A stretch of 64,000 nucleotides of DNA from Eledone cirrhosa (GCA_964016885.1 OZ024747.1:79360001-79424000), one strand, 5' to 3'; numbered from the stretch's first letter, positions 41,025-57,303 are shown. Numbers and translations: made by a program. The notes: a model not told the origin generated them from the letters alone.

Positions 41025-41121
41025 GTTGACTTTGCCTTTCATCCTTACGGGGTCGATAAAATAAAGTACCAGTAATGCACTGGGTAATTGCTGGCCTTGT
41101 GCCTAAAGTAGAAACAATTAT
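41025..41121 (+). mobile_element. SINE family A, 3' half
   Basis: Matches the family 3' half. Confidence 0.9.
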
Positions 41122-41152
41122 ATTATTAATATTTGCTTTTATTATTCTAAAG

Positions 41153-41222
41153 CAGCATTTCTCAACTGGTGTTCCTCGAAACCCTAGAGTTCTGCAAAAG
41201 GTCACTAGGGGTTCCTCGAGAA
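41153..41222. mobile_element. hAT (Charlie/Buster)-like end
   Basis: TTCTAAAG target-like 8-mer followed by CAGCATTTCTCAAC...GAAACCCTAG; the other end was not found. Confidence 0.4.
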
Positions 41223-42107
41223 AGAGTGATAAATAAATTAATGCATTTTTGAGTAATTTTTGTTTAATTTTATATTCGTAATTTTACTCTACACATACGG
41301 AATATTGTTGGAAAATCCTTGGTTATTATAATAAAATTTTCAACCTCTAAAAGAGATAAATATTAATAATAGTATATGATAATTTTTATATTAAGAAAGG
41401 TGTTGGTAAAACGATAAAGGGCTGCTCAATAATTTGTGTTCAAATCCTGCCGTGATCAGCTTTGTCTTGTATCTCGCAAACATTGATAGTATCAGTACCA
41501 GTAATATACAGGGGTAGAGGGGTCTATTATATCGACTTGGTCATGTGCATTGAAAAGAAATCTTTAAACCATAACAATGGATTATTTATTTATTTATTCA
41601 TTTTTCAGTGGAAATAACCATAGAGAGAGAGAGAGGAGACAGTGTGTGATAATCCCATTTAACTATCGAAGGGACGATTTGTTATACGACTGGCCAAACA
41701 ATTCCTGTCTAAGGTTACATTCCCACAATGGTGAAGCAGACGGTGGGGCCATATTGAATCACATAAAACAGTCCGCCATTTACAATTTATTTTTAACGGC
41801 ATTTCACACAGATAACATAGAAATTAAAAACTAGAAAGCAACCCCAGTTAATAAAAGAAGGGCCGTCTCAAACAACGAAACGTATAGAGGAAGGTTTAAA
41901 TAAAAAGGTTCCCATCAAACTGCCTGGAACTGTCCTACTGGTTCATCAGTAAATTCTTCTTTCATATATTGACATATAAATGCGTTATTTATTTCCTTCT
42001 AACAGAAATAAAAAAGAAAAGAAAGAAGAATAGAATACAGGAAAGAAAGAAATAAGGAAAGAGAGAAAGCCATCAACAAAGATAAATAGATAGATAGGTA
42101 GATAGAT

Positions 42108-42207
<100 letters not shown>

Positions 42208-42537
42208 TGGTGGATAGATGGATTCATAAATAGATGGATACATAAATTCACAACAGATAGATAGATAAATAGCTACATAGATATAGAGACAAAACGAAAA
42301 ACTGGAGAAAAGAAGCTCTAGTTATAATTGTTGGTGTTGTTGTTGTCGTTATTGTTGTTGTCATTGTTGTTATTGTTGTTGTTACAGTTTATACCTATGT
42401 CAGTTGTTTAGCTGGCCTCCTAAGAGGGTTTTCAGGTGTTTTAACGATATAGGCTCAAGACATACCACGAAAAGCAACTTGAAATGAAGAGTCTTGCTAA
42501 AGAACACGATGGTTCGTGGAAGAACGGATTAAATTAC

Positions 42538-42616
<79 letters not shown>

Positions 42617-42778
42617 ATATATGTTAGTTCCACAACAGCTAATTAACCATTATCGAGGACATGTCTTTCACCTCGCGGATCTTCACAAACGAGTTTCAAG
42701 ATCCGGGAGTTTCAGAAGATCCCGTTAAGGGTGAAAGCAGCGATTCTTTAATTAAACTTTAATTCGTTCTACGGGTTT

Positions 42779-42834
<56 letters not shown>

Positions 42835-42977
42835 CTTATCGAGCCCTCTTCGGATTTTAGTCTTCACATTTATTATTACTATATATATATATATATATTA
42901 ATATATATATATTTATATATATATATATATATATATTATTGTGTGCGCATATATTATAGAATATTTTATACACACAA

Positions 42978-43067
<90 letters not shown>

Positions 43068-43172
43068 ATATATATATACATGTATATATATATACACATA
43101 CATATATATATACATACATATATACATACATACATATATACATACATACATACATACATATATATATATATT

Positions 43173-43223
<51 letters not shown>

Positions 43224-43244
43224 TTTAATAATAACTTTGATAAG

Positions 43245-43710
43245 TTTGACCAGTGTTGTCCTCGGCTGTATCTAGCGTAATAGCACAACATGGCGTAGTT
43301 TTTGAGATAATGGTTTCAAAACCTAGTCATATTTTGGGTATCGTGGCCCACTCTAGTAAATAGTTGTTGTTTTCGGATACATATCCAGGTGTAGGGAGTT
43401 TATCCGGGGTTTCTTGGAGGAATTTGTCCAGGAAACCTTTAAATATTCTGGGATCTGGTTCCATCTCCATGTATTTTGGTATGATACTAAAGAGAGCTGG
43501 ACCGGTGGTGATGAAATAGTTGTTCTGTATCGTTGCTCGAGATGAGAGTTTGATTTTTGTAGTGAGTGGAAAGCACGGGGACCAAGACTTAGGGCGATAT
43601 TGATGGAATATTTTTCACATCATACAGATGAGCTGATACAGCGCCCAGCGGCGTTTGAGGGTCTAGAGTTTAAGTTTTTCTAGTCAACTCCAAGGCCTGT
43701 CATATCCTTT
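43245..43710 (-). pseudogene. CR1/L2-group LINE ORF2 C-terminal remnant
   Basis: Own translation pieces: LEKLKL..LKRR; YFITTGPALFSIIPK; FKGFLDKFLQETPDKLPTPGY. Confidence 0.75.
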
Positions 43711-43813
43711 TTGTAATTAATTCCTGGGGTGTTTCAATTTTCATATATCTTATATATATATACATACACACACATATATATATGTATATATATATATATA
43801 CATATATATATAC

Positions 43814-43864
<51 letters not shown>

Positions 43865-43870
43865 CAGATA

Positions 43871-43902
<32 letters not shown>

Positions 43903-43949
43903 CATATATATATATATACATATATACATATATATATACATATATATAT

Positions 43950-43996
<47 letters not shown>

Positions 43997-44346
43997 CATA
44001 TATATATACACAGATATATATATATATAAATATATTTCTTTATTAGCCACAGGGGCACAAAAGAAGGGGACAAATACAAAGGGGGAAGTTTACATACAAT
44101 AAAAACGTGTAAAATGTTATCACAGATGGAATTTAAAAGTTAGTCGATTTTCCCCAATAGAGGGAGACAGTTTATATGGGTATATATATATGTGTGCGTG
44201 TGTACACACACACGTATATATATATATATATATATACGTGTGTGTGTACAAGGTTATATATATATATACGTGTGTATACAAGGTTCGATCGCTCGTAACG
44301 GCCCTTGGCAATTTCAGTGGTTTTCACCCTATTTTATAAGCTACAA

Positions 44347-44435
<89 letters not shown>

Positions 44436-44588
44436 ATAAATAAGAGAAATGGTACATGTTTATATAAAATAAACATGTACCGTCTCTCTCTAATAAAACT
44501 CCGGATGGAAAAAAACTGTGGAGTGCTTTACATCTGTTAAAGAATAAGGCGGTAGATTTTTAATGAATCAACTTTCTTTACTTGTATA

Positions 44589-44708
<120 letters not shown>

Positions 44709-44711
44709 GTA

Positions 44712-44748
<37 letters not shown>

Positions 44749-44759
44749 ATATATATATA

Positions 44760-44909
<150 letters not shown>

Positions 44910-44997
44910 ATGTATTTATGTTTGTATATATATACAAAGACGGAAAGAACACGGCTTCATTCTGTTCACGCTGGATAAAGAAAATACAAAATAATAT

Positions 44998-45046
<49 letters not shown>

Positions 45047-45052
45047 ATGTGT

Positions 45053-45102
<50 letters not shown>

Positions 45103-45123
45103 ATATATATATATATGCATATA

Positions 45124-45284
<161 letters not shown>

Positions 45285-45401
45285 GCATATATATAGATAT
45301 ACATATATAAGTATATACGCAAACGATGTAAAATCATGATTTTTGTTCTAAATGAACTTTTTATTAGAAAATATGTGAAACCAATGAGAAATTCATTCAT
45401 T

Positions 45402-45437
<36 letters not shown>

Positions 45438-45503
45438 TAACAGATTAAAGTTTAAGCAAAGAATCGGTGCTTTCACCGTTAACTTGGATTTTAGTCTTCA
45501 AAT

Positions 45504-45812
<309 letters not shown>

Positions 45813-45823
45813 TTCAAAGAAGA

Positions 45824-45875
<52 letters not shown>

Positions 45876-46013
45876 CCAAAGATTAATATGGTTCGTTGAT
45901 TACGAATACAATTTTACAATATATAAACACGTTGAGAGTTGGTGAAATAAATCACTGCCAATACTGGAATTAAATAATCAAAATTGTAGCGGTATGTTGC
46001 ATCTTAAATCTTA

Positions 46014-46076
46014 TATTTTGCCTGATGAAAACGTACTTAAACACTATTGTACCTTTGAAATATGTATAATAAAATA
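46014..46076 (+). ncRNA. HHR related to 35137-35198 and 23127-23197
   Basis: TATTTTGC-CTGATGA-AAACGTAC...GTACCTTT-GAAA-TATGTA-TA-ATAAAATA. Confidence 0.6.
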
Positions 46077-46143
46077 TATATTTAGATAATGAGAATATTT
46101 TTCATTTATTAATATTTAGAATAATTTATATATATAATATATA

Positions 46144-46272
<129 letters not shown>

Positions 46273-46415
46273 ACACACATATATATATATATACAACTTT
46301 TACCGAATCCTCTCTGTATATTATATTATATATATATATACATTTATACTTATACACATTTATACTTATATTATACACATATACTTATATACTTATATAT
46401 ATACACATTTATACT

Positions 46416-46456
<41 letters not shown>

Positions 46457-46806
46457 ACACATAACCACAGATTAGAAAATTAAATCATTCATAACGAGAT
46501 CCTCATGCGTTTATTATACATAAACATATCATATAGGCTTTCATATACATCCCTATATATATGTATATATAACATAGAACCCATTTCTATATTAAACATT
46601 TATACTCTGCTATTCTGCTATCTATTTGCTACCTTATTGTGTTTACCCCCGACTGAACCTGGGATACGCACACACACACACACATATTTATATATATATA
46701 TAACCACTTCTAATAAATATATATATAGTTGTTGTAGGATTGCAATAAATGCGCCCGTAAGCGGTAAGCCGTTTGAGCACTCGATACTCGCGCAGAGCAG
46801 AGTATA

Positions 46807-47090
46807 TTATTATAGATTACAAGGAATCAGTAATGCATCAAAACACAATTTATTAACATATTACATATGTTTCTCAGACGATAAGCTCAAGGCAGGATCT
46901 GTTACCGATCGAACCTGATTCTGCATCCGCAAGTTCCTCAGATATGTTTTGCATTTTCAAAGTATTCCATCCGATGGAGCCGGGTTCGATCTGTAACAGA
47001 TGACTGCCTTGAACTGATCGTCGGAGAAACATATGTCATATGTTAATAAATTGTGTTTTGATACATTACTGATTCCTCGTTATCTATAAT
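46807..47090. mobile_element. Fold-back element: intact HHR core on the minus strand (46855-46948), 3'-half HHR on the plus strand
   Basis: Minus strand: AACATAT-CTGAGGA-[about 61 nt]-GAAA-CATATG-TA-ATATGTT; right arm GAAACATATGTCATATGTT; third copy at 48850-48960. Confidence 0.8.
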
Positions 47091-47102
47091 ACATATATAT
47101 AA

Positions 47103-47133
<31 letters not shown>

Positions 47134-47134
47134 A

Positions 47135-47262
<128 letters not shown>

Positions 47263-47296
47263 ATATATTTATATATATTTATATATATATATATAT

Positions 47297-47543
<247 letters not shown>

Positions 47544-47703
47544 TATAAGCACAAAATGTGTAATACTCAAGATTCAATTCATTTTCAATCATTAATAATT
47601 ATATTTTTCATTCCAGAAATACCAACAAAACCTGTCTGTAATGTTTAGAAAATCTTTAAAATTGTTCATATTTTCGCTCATTTTTCAATACATTATAAAT
47701 CAA

Positions 47704-48155
47704 TATTAGGATTGGTGCTCTGAAATAGCGATGTATACATGAATATATGTATATTTGGCAATATACCGTATGTTTAATTAAAAAACATTTAGAAGACCAT
47801 ACGCTATCAGTTTTATAGTAGTGACATAGTATATGCCAAATATACATTCATGTATACATTGCTATTTCAGGGCACCAATCCTAATACCTAATTTTTGCTG
47901 GACCGGCAATCGCTCTGTATAATCAGCTCCTGATTATTACTGGAATTCTATAAGAATCCAGCTTCTATCATTTTCGGCGAAAGCGGGGGAGTACGTGGCT
48001 CTGATGAACGCCAACCAGCGTGAAACAGACTGACAGCTACTCTCCCTTCTTTCGCCGAAAATAAGTAAGTGACATAGTCACTACTTTAAAACTGATAGCG
48101 TATGGTCTTCTAAATGTTTTTAATTAAACATACGGTATATTGCCAAATATACTAT
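47704..48155 (+). mobile_element. HHR element with nested inversions; HHR at 47971-48061
   Basis: GGCT-CTGATGA-ACGC CAACCA GCGT-GAAA-CAG A CTG-AC-AGCT within long stem I TTTTCGGCGAAAG/CTTTCGCCGAAAA; the 3' part recurs inverted at 47747-47825 and direct at 8776-8868. Confidence 0.75.
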
Positions 48156-48163
48156 TAAAAAAA

Positions 48164-48204
<41 letters not shown>

Positions 48205-48496
48205 TCATTTACCCACTGACCAATAGGGTCACTAACCAATAGGGTCACTGACCAATAGGGTCACTGACCAATAGGATCACTGACCAATAGGATCAGTGAC
48301 CCTATTGGTCAGTGATCCAAACTATTTCATCTTTTATTTAGTTTTTATGTCTTTTATTTTTTATTTATGTTTTATGTTACCTCTTGTACCTTTGAGACAT
48401 CAAAAGACTTTTATTGTAGTAGTAGTAGTAGTAGTGGTGGTGGTGGTGGTGGTGGTAGTAGTAGTAGTAGTAGTGGTGGTGGTGGTGGTAGTGGTT

Positions 48497-48540
<44 letters not shown>

Positions 48541-48580
48541 GGTGGTGGTGGTGGTGGTGGTGGTAGTAGTAGTAGTGGTG

Positions 48581-48625
<45 letters not shown>

Positions 48626-49333
48626 TTGGTGGTGGTGGTAGTGGTTGTAGTTCATGACACATATCGATTAACCAGGCTTGAAAACATCTGATAGAATCTT
48701 TGTGGTATTTGTACTGACTTTCTGTATTCTGCGTTCAAATCCCAGCATGGTCAACTTTGGGAATGTATCCTACATTACCTATTGAGTACTTTGAGATACA
48801 ACCGCTCCTTCCTGGCATTGATAAATATGCTGGGTCCGTCAACTCCTTATTAACGAGGAATCAGTAATACATCAAACCACATATTACATATGTTTCTACG
48901 TCGATCAGCTCGAGGTAGAATCTGTTACAGATCGAACCCGACTCTGCATTCGAAATATTCTCTGATCTGAGCGAGCATCGAGTGCTCAACCGGCATACCG
49001 CCTACGGACGCATTTAATTGCAACCCTACAACAACTATATATATATATATATACATACAACACAACAGGAGGAACAATGAATATAACACCACTGACGATG
49101 TTGCAGATGTGCAACGAAAGATTTATGTAAATTATGTAAACTATATATATGTGTTTGTGTCTATATTGTATCTGTATTATTTTTGACCGTCGGTCAGTCA
49201 ATGGCAACATTGAGGACCGAGTAAGTTAGATCGCAGATATAAAAGACAGCGAGAAGCGAAAACCAACCAAACAGTGAGTGTGTTCTGTTATTAATTCTGG
49301 CAATATTACGCAAATATGACCCTCCCCAAGTGT

Positions 49334-49369
<36 letters not shown>

Positions 49370-50024
49370 TCATCATCATCATCATCATCATCACCGTTTT
49401 ACGTCCATTCTTTGACAGGTTGTCCTGTTGTGGGCAGTGTCCAGTCGGCTGACCTTGTCTTGCTCATACGGGAACTGATTCTGGCTTGATTTCTACAGCT
49501 GGATGCCCTTCCTAACACCAACCTCATTTACAGTGAGTGGTGGGTGCTTTCCTTCCGTGGCGCCTACATGTCCACTTTACAGTGGGAGGGGTGAGGGCAT
49601 GTTGCCTATATGCTTCAGCTTATATACAATATGCCCCCATATATATATATGTGTGTGTGTGTCTATCTAAAGAAGAAGAAGAAGAAGAAGAAGAAGAAGA
49701 AGAAGAAGAAGAAGAAGAAGAAGAAGAAGAAGAAGAAGAAGAAGAAGAAATCGGCAGTGTCTCCGATAGGTTTAAGTGGTCAAGGCGGCGCCCCTATGAC
49801 AGCACGAGAAGTTAAATGGCCAAGTCTGTCGGTTGATGATAATGATTGAATAGCTTCTCGCGAGCGACAAACCAGAAACATTGGTCTCCTGACATATATA
49901 AAGTGGTGCTTTTTCTGACTTCTCTTCTCTTAGTGTGTGTTTGTGTTTCTGTGTGGGTATGTGGGGATGTGTGTGTGTATGTGTGTGCGTGTGGCTGTGT
50001 AAATCTACGTGTATAAATATGTAT

Positions 50025-50069
<45 letters not shown>

Positions 50070-50080
50070 TCATGTATAAC

Positions 50081-50166
<86 letters not shown>

Positions 50167-50301
50167 TAAATAATAATCAAAGAGTATTTAATCTTTCAAA
50201 CACACACACACACACATACATACATATATATAATATATATATATATACATATATATATATACATATATATACATACATATATATATATACATATATATAC
50301 A

Positions 50302-50343
<42 letters not shown>

Positions 50344-50393
50344 CATACATATATATATATACATATATATACATATATACATACATATATATA

Positions 50394-50426
<33 letters not shown>

Positions 50427-50451
50427 CATATATATATATGTATATATAGAC

Positions 50452-50489
<38 letters not shown>

Positions 50490-51078
50490 ATACATAATAT
50501 ACATATATATATATATACATGTGTGTGTGTGTGTGTATGTGTGTGTATATGTGTGTGTGTGTGGGGGGGGGGGTCCCATACAATTGTAGCCAGAGATCCG
50601 TTTGAAGGTTGAAAGATTAAAAAGGAGAAATAAACTTAACAACAATACTTAACGTTCTGTCGTAGCTATAAATGGTCGGAGGAATCTGTTTGAGGTGTTG
50701 ATAAACAATGAATGTTTTGTTTAGTGTCAACAACATATAGACAAATATACCTGAACCACGGAGTTCATATATACGTTGTTTATACCATGGGTACTTAACT
50801 ATTGATAGTGTCGTAGCGGCGCCGTCATTACATATGATGTGTTATGAATATTTTAAAACTGACGAGGCCCATCCCTCTCCAGGTCGTAACACAAACGATT
50901 TCTTCCAGGGAAATAGAGAAAAAAAAAAAATAAAAGATAATGTAGAGGAAGAATCGGCCCCAGTATTGTAATAAGAGGAAAGGCAAAGATAGGGTGAGAT
51001 TTGAACTCGGTACGTAGAAAACCGGGACCAATACTGCGAAGCGTTCTATCTGACGTTCTATCGACTCTGCCAATTCGT

Positions 51079-52375
51079 CATATAACTGATGGACAGTAAC
51101 ATCAACTCTGGGCCAGGAATTGGAGCCCCTACTCATGTATAACTGATGGACAGTAACATCAACTGTGGGCCAGGAATTGGAGCCCCTACTCATGTATAAC
51201 TGATGGACAGTAACATCAACTGTGGGCCAGGAATTGGAGCCCCTACTCATGTATAACTGATGGACAGTAACATCAACTCTGGGCCAGGAATTGAAGCCCC
51301 TACTCATGTATAACTGATGGACAGTAACATCAACTCTGGGCCAGGAATTGGAGCCCCTACTCATGTATAACTGATGGACAGTAACATCAACTCTGGGCCA
51401 GGAATTGGAGCCCCTACTCATGTATAACTGATGGACAGTAACATCAACTCTGGGCCAGGAATTGAAGCCCCTACTCATGTATAACTGATGGACAGTAACA
51501 TCAGCTGTAGGCCAGGAATTGGAGCCCCTACTCATGTATAACTGATGGACAATAACATCAACTGTGGGCCAGGAATTGAAGCCCCTACTCATGTATAACC
51601 GATGGACAGTAACATCAACTGTGGGCCAGGAATTGGAGCCCCTACTCATGTATAACTGATGGACAGTAACATCAACTGTGGGCCAGGAATTGGAGCCCCT
51701 ACTCATGTATAACTGATGGACAGTAACATCAACTGTGGGCCAGGAATTGGAGCCCCTACTCATGTATAACTGATGGACAGTAACATCAACTGTGGGCCAG
51801 GAATTGGAGCCCCTACTCATGTATAACCGATGGACAGTAACATCAACTGTGGGCCAGGAATTGGAGCCCCTACTCATGTATAACTGATGGACAGTAACAT
51901 CAACTGTGGGCCAGGAATTGGAGCCCCTACTCATGTATAACTGATGGACAGTAACATCAACTGTGGGCCAGGAATTGGAGCCCCTACTCATGTATAACCG
52001 ATGGACAGTAACATCAACTGTGGGCCAGGAATTGAAGCCCCTACTCATGTATAACTGATGGACAGTAACATCAACTGTGAGCCATGAATTGGAGCCCCTA
52101 CTCATGTATAACCGATGGACAGTAACATCAACTGTGGGCCAGGAATTGGAGCCCCTATCCATGTATAACCGATGGACAGTAACATCAACTGTGGGCCAGG
52201 AATTGGAGCCCCTACTCATGTATAACCGATGGGCAGTAACATCAACCGTGGGCCTGGAATTGAAGCCCCTACTCATGTATAACCGATGGGCAACATCAAC
52301 CGTGGGCCAGGAATTGGAGCCCCTACTCTTGTATAACCGATGGACGGTAACATCAACTGTGGGCCAGGAATTGAG
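51079..52375. repeat. 57-bp minisatellite (about 23 copies)
   Basis: Period 57; ORF repeat of 19 aa. Confidence 0.97.
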
Positions 52376-52511
52376 CCCTCACCACTGCTTGTGCAGAACT
52401 GTCCGAGAGTATCTCTGAATGAAACGATAGAAATGAAGTACAGAAACAGAGTCCATTGGAAACGAAAGATCTCCAACCTCTTCAGAAGAGAAGGAAGATA
52501 ATTGACTTGAA

Positions 52512-52664
52512 GGAGAGGTTTGAGAGAGGTTTGAGAGAGGTTTGGGAGAGGTTTGAGAGAAGTTTGAGAGAGGTTTGGGAGAGGTTTGGGAGAGGTTTCA
52601 GAGAGGTTTCAGAGAGGTTTGAGAGAAGTTTGAGAGAGGTTTGGGAGAAGTTTGGGAGAGGTTT
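52512..52664. repeat. 11-bp tandem GAGAGGTTTG(A/G)
   Basis: Tandem periodicity. Confidence 0.9.
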
Positions 52665-52894
52665 GCCAGCTATTTCTAGCAAGCCGAGCAATCAAGTCGT
52701 AACTATCGCGAAGTTATCCTTTCATCCATCCATCCATCTATCCACGGTCCTTTATTCTTGATGGAATTTGAGGCATTTAAACCTGGCGGATTCTGCCCCC
52801 TTCCATGTCTGAAAACAGTCAATTTTTCCAGAGAAATAGAGAGACTAAGAGAGCAAGAGAACGAAAAAGATGAAGTGAGAGAGATATATAGAAG

Positions 52895-53050
52895 AAGAAT
52901 CGATCATAATACAGGACTGGTATTCTATTTATGGAGCTCAAATTGATGAAAGGCAAAGTCGATCTCGGCGAGATTTGAACCTCAGGGCGCAGAGAGACGG
53001 AACAAATATTGCAAAGCATTCTATCCAACGTTCTAACGACTTGGCCACTT
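52895..53050 (-). mobile_element. Older SINE family A copy
   Basis: GATGAAAGGCAAAGTCGATCTCGGCGAGATTTGAAC; a similar old copy lies at 50958-51078. Confidence 0.75.
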
Positions 53051-53443
53051 TAACGGCTGAGCTGCGGAGTTATAGGAACGGCTAATTTGTATAATCAAAA
53101 GACTTCACCGCTTCTCACAGATAATTGTGACACTACTGTAAAAACCAAAAGCCACACAATAGGATCACAGAGCTGACCTTTAACGAAGGACTGCCTTAAA
53201 GTTAAGGACAGCGGTGAGTTAAGGAGCGGGAGTGGTTTCAACTTTAACAGAAATGTGTGTGTGGGGGGGAGGAGGGGGTTCTAAAGAATAAATATATGTG
53301 TGTGTGTATGTGTGTGTATGTGTGTATGTGTGCGTGCGTCCTTGTGTACGCCTGTGTGTACGTATGTGTGTATGCAAGCGTGTGTCTATATGTGTGCATA
53401 TGTGTGTATATTCACAACCACATACAATGACACATGCGCACAC

Positions 53444-53516
<73 letters not shown>

Positions 53517-54227
53517 AAGTTGTGTGTGTTTGTATGTATGTACATATATATATATGTATGTGTGTATAATTTATATATGTGGGCGCATATATATATATAA
53601 ATGTAATCTGACTTTTTCGAATATTAATAATAATATTCGATTCGTTTACAATTATGCAAACAACCCTCATTTTTAAAGCCTTATCAGTAGAATGAGCCCT
53701 TCATTTAAAAATTTATATATATATATATATATACAATAATTAGGTTTAATCTAAGAATATAAAATATATATATTGATAATGTTACTCAACAAAGAAGCTC
53801 AGAGCATTAATTGTACAAATTTAAACGATATGAATAAAAAAATGTTTCATATATCATTGATATATGAAATATATATTATAAATATATATATGTACTAGCA
53901 GTAATACCCGGCGTTGCTCGAGAATGTGATTACTCAGTCGTTGGATAATTTCTTGGAAAAGAATAATGGGGATTCAGCATAATTATAATATTTGAAACAC
54001 AATTATATTCTTTGTAATAGAGATACACAGTTAAAAAAATATTAATATATTTATTTAATGTGTTTTTCAAAAAATTAAATGGATCGGAATCCAACTTGTG
54101 GCTCACACAAGACATGATCGACTGCCTCATCAGGTGGGACGACTTCATCACCAACAAAGAAATCCGTCAACGAACCCACAAACAACGTGTGTCTAACATA
54201 ATCTGCAAACATCAACTTGGCTTCCCA

Positions 54228-54279
<52 letters not shown>

Positions 54280-54283
<4 letters not shown>

Positions 54284-54500
54284 AACGAGTAGAACCCCGA
54301 CGGCTGAGCTCAAGCCGTTTCGACGGCTAATTCTGGACTATTCCAGAATTAGCCGTCGAAACGGCTTGAGCTCAGCCGTCGGGGTCCTACTCGTTCCTAT
54401 TACCCACTCTACTACCCTCAATACTCAAAGTACTCAATACTTTATTGAGTACTTTGGTGCGTTATGGTCCACCTGGTTCCTTACCACATTTCCTTCGTTA
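54280..54500 (+). mobile_element. Family B fold-back element (palindrome 54280-54399)
   Basis: TAGGAACGAGTAGAACCCCGACGG... and ...CCGTCGGGGTCCTACTCGTTCCTA. Confidence 0.9.
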
Positions 54501-54675
54501 TATATATATATATATATTTTTTTTTTTTAAATAAATATTTGCTCTAGGGTTCTTATATCTTTATCGAGCTCTCTTTGGATTTTAGTCTTCACATTTATTA
54601 TTATTACTATATATATATACATATATATATACATAGAATTCACAAGATTCAAAGGTATGTTCAAAGCATTTATTC

Positions 54676-54720
54676 ACTTACAATTGTTTCATCCAAACCT
54701 AGGATTGAAGTCTTCGGAGC
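54676..54720 (-). ncRNA. Degenerate HHR
   Basis: Minus strand: GCT-CCGAAGA-CTTCAATCCTAGGTTTGGAT-GAAA-CAATTG-TA-AGT. Confidence 0.45.
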
Positions 54721-54818
54721 ATTTTTCAATGTTTGTACACATAATTGACCTCCATGCCAACACAAGAGACATACAGATACATATATATATATATTGATGT
54801 ACAGTGTACATCAATATA

Positions 54819-54982
54819 TGACTCTTAAGAGCTCCTTTGCCCTTTGACAGGTTTTGTTTTTAGTCCTGCAGGATGTCCAAAGTCACCCTCCTCACCAAGA
54901 AACCTTAGTGGGGTTGCCAGTTTAGTCGCCAACGACCCGACCATGAGACAGGTTGTACTGGGATACATGTTACCAGTAGCAC
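54819..54982 (-). repeat. About 160-bp direct copy of 57760-57923
   Basis: One visible mismatch (CCTTAG versus CCTTGG). Confidence 0.95.
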
Positions 54983-54995
54983 CAAGTATAGCACC

Positions 54996-55017
54996 ACATA
55001 TATATATACATACACAT

Positions 55018-55062
<45 letters not shown>

Positions 55063-55249
55063 TATATACATACATATATACATACATATATACATATATA
55101 CATACATATATACATACATATATATATATATATATACATATACATACATATATACATACATATATATACATATATATATATATACATACATATATACATA
55201 CATACATACACACATATACATATATACATATATATACATATATACATAT

Positions 55250-55284
<35 letters not shown>

Positions 55285-55317
55285 TATACATATATACATA
55301 TATATACATATATATAC

Positions 55318-55348
<31 letters not shown>

Positions 55349-55581
55349 CATATATATATATACATACATATATATACATATACATATATACATATACACA
55401 TATACATATATGTATATATATACATATATATATATATACATATATACATATATACATATATACATACATATATACATATATACATATATATATATATATA
55501 CACATACATATATATATACATATACACATACATATATATATATATATACACATACATATATACATATACATACATATATAT

Positions 55582-55628
<47 letters not shown>

Positions 55629-55680
55629 CATACACATACATACACATATATACATATACATATACATATATATATATATA

Positions 55681-55713
<33 letters not shown>

Positions 55714-55927
55714 ACATATATATACATATATATATACATATACATACACATATATACATACATATACATACACATATATACATATATATACATACATATA
55801 CATATATATACATACATATACATATATACACATACATATATACATATACATACATATATATATATATACATACATACATACACACACATACATATATATA
55901 TATACATACATATATACATATATATAT

Positions 55928-55977
<50 letters not shown>

Positions 55978-56233
55978 ATATATACATATATACATATATA
56001 TACATATACATATATATACATATACATATATATACATATACATATATATATACATATATATACATATACATATATATACACATACATATATATACATATA
56101 CATACACATACATATACACATATATACATATATATATATATACACATACATATACATATATATATATATACATATATACACATATACATATATATATATA
56201 CATACATATATATATACATATATATACATATAC

Positions 56234-56266
<33 letters not shown>

Positions 56267-56315
56267 CATATATACATATATACATATATATACATATACA
56301 TATATATATATATAC

Positions 56316-56364
<49 letters not shown>

Positions 56365-56553
56365 CATATATACATACATACATACATACATATATATATA
56401 CACATATACATATACACATATATATACATATATATATATATACACATATATATATATATATACACACATATATATACACATACATATATACATATATATA
56501 CATACACATACATATATATATATATATACATACATACATATATACACATATAC

Positions 56554-56584
<31 letters not shown>

Positions 56585-57303
56585 CATACACACACATATA
56601 TACATACATATATATATATATATACATACATACATATATATACATACATACATATATATACATACATACATATATATACATACATACATACATATACATA
56701 CATACATACATATACATACATACATACACACATATACATACATACATATATATACATACATACATACATACATATACATACATACATACATACATATACA
56801 TATATACATACATACATATATATATACATATATATATACATACATATACACATACATACATATATACATATATACATACATATACACATATATACATACA
56901 TATATATATATATACATACATATATATATATACATACATACATATATATATATATACATACATATATATATATACATACATACATATATATATATACATA
57001 CATACATATATACATACATACATATATATATATACATACATACATATATACACACATAAATATATACATACATACATATATACATACATAAATATATACA
57101 TACATAAACATATACATACATAAACACATACATACATATATATATACATACATATATATATACACATACACACATACACACATATATATATACACATACA
57201 TATATACACATACATATATACATATACATATACATACATACATATATACATACATACATATATACATATATATATACATACATACATATATACATATATA
57301 TAT
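54996..57303. repeat. 2.3-kb compound (TA)n/(TACA)n microsatellite
   Basis: Low complexity; source of the 759-820 aa spurious ORFs. Confidence 0.97.

Noticed and set aside
50855-50903. CTGACGA-GGCC...GGTC-GTAAC HHR-like motif
   Set aside because: GAAA mutated and no stem III or UH site; too decayed to count.
53894-53922. Helentron/HINE-like end ACTAGCAGTAATACCCGGCGTTGCTCGAG
   Set aside because: Single short motif with no second end identified.
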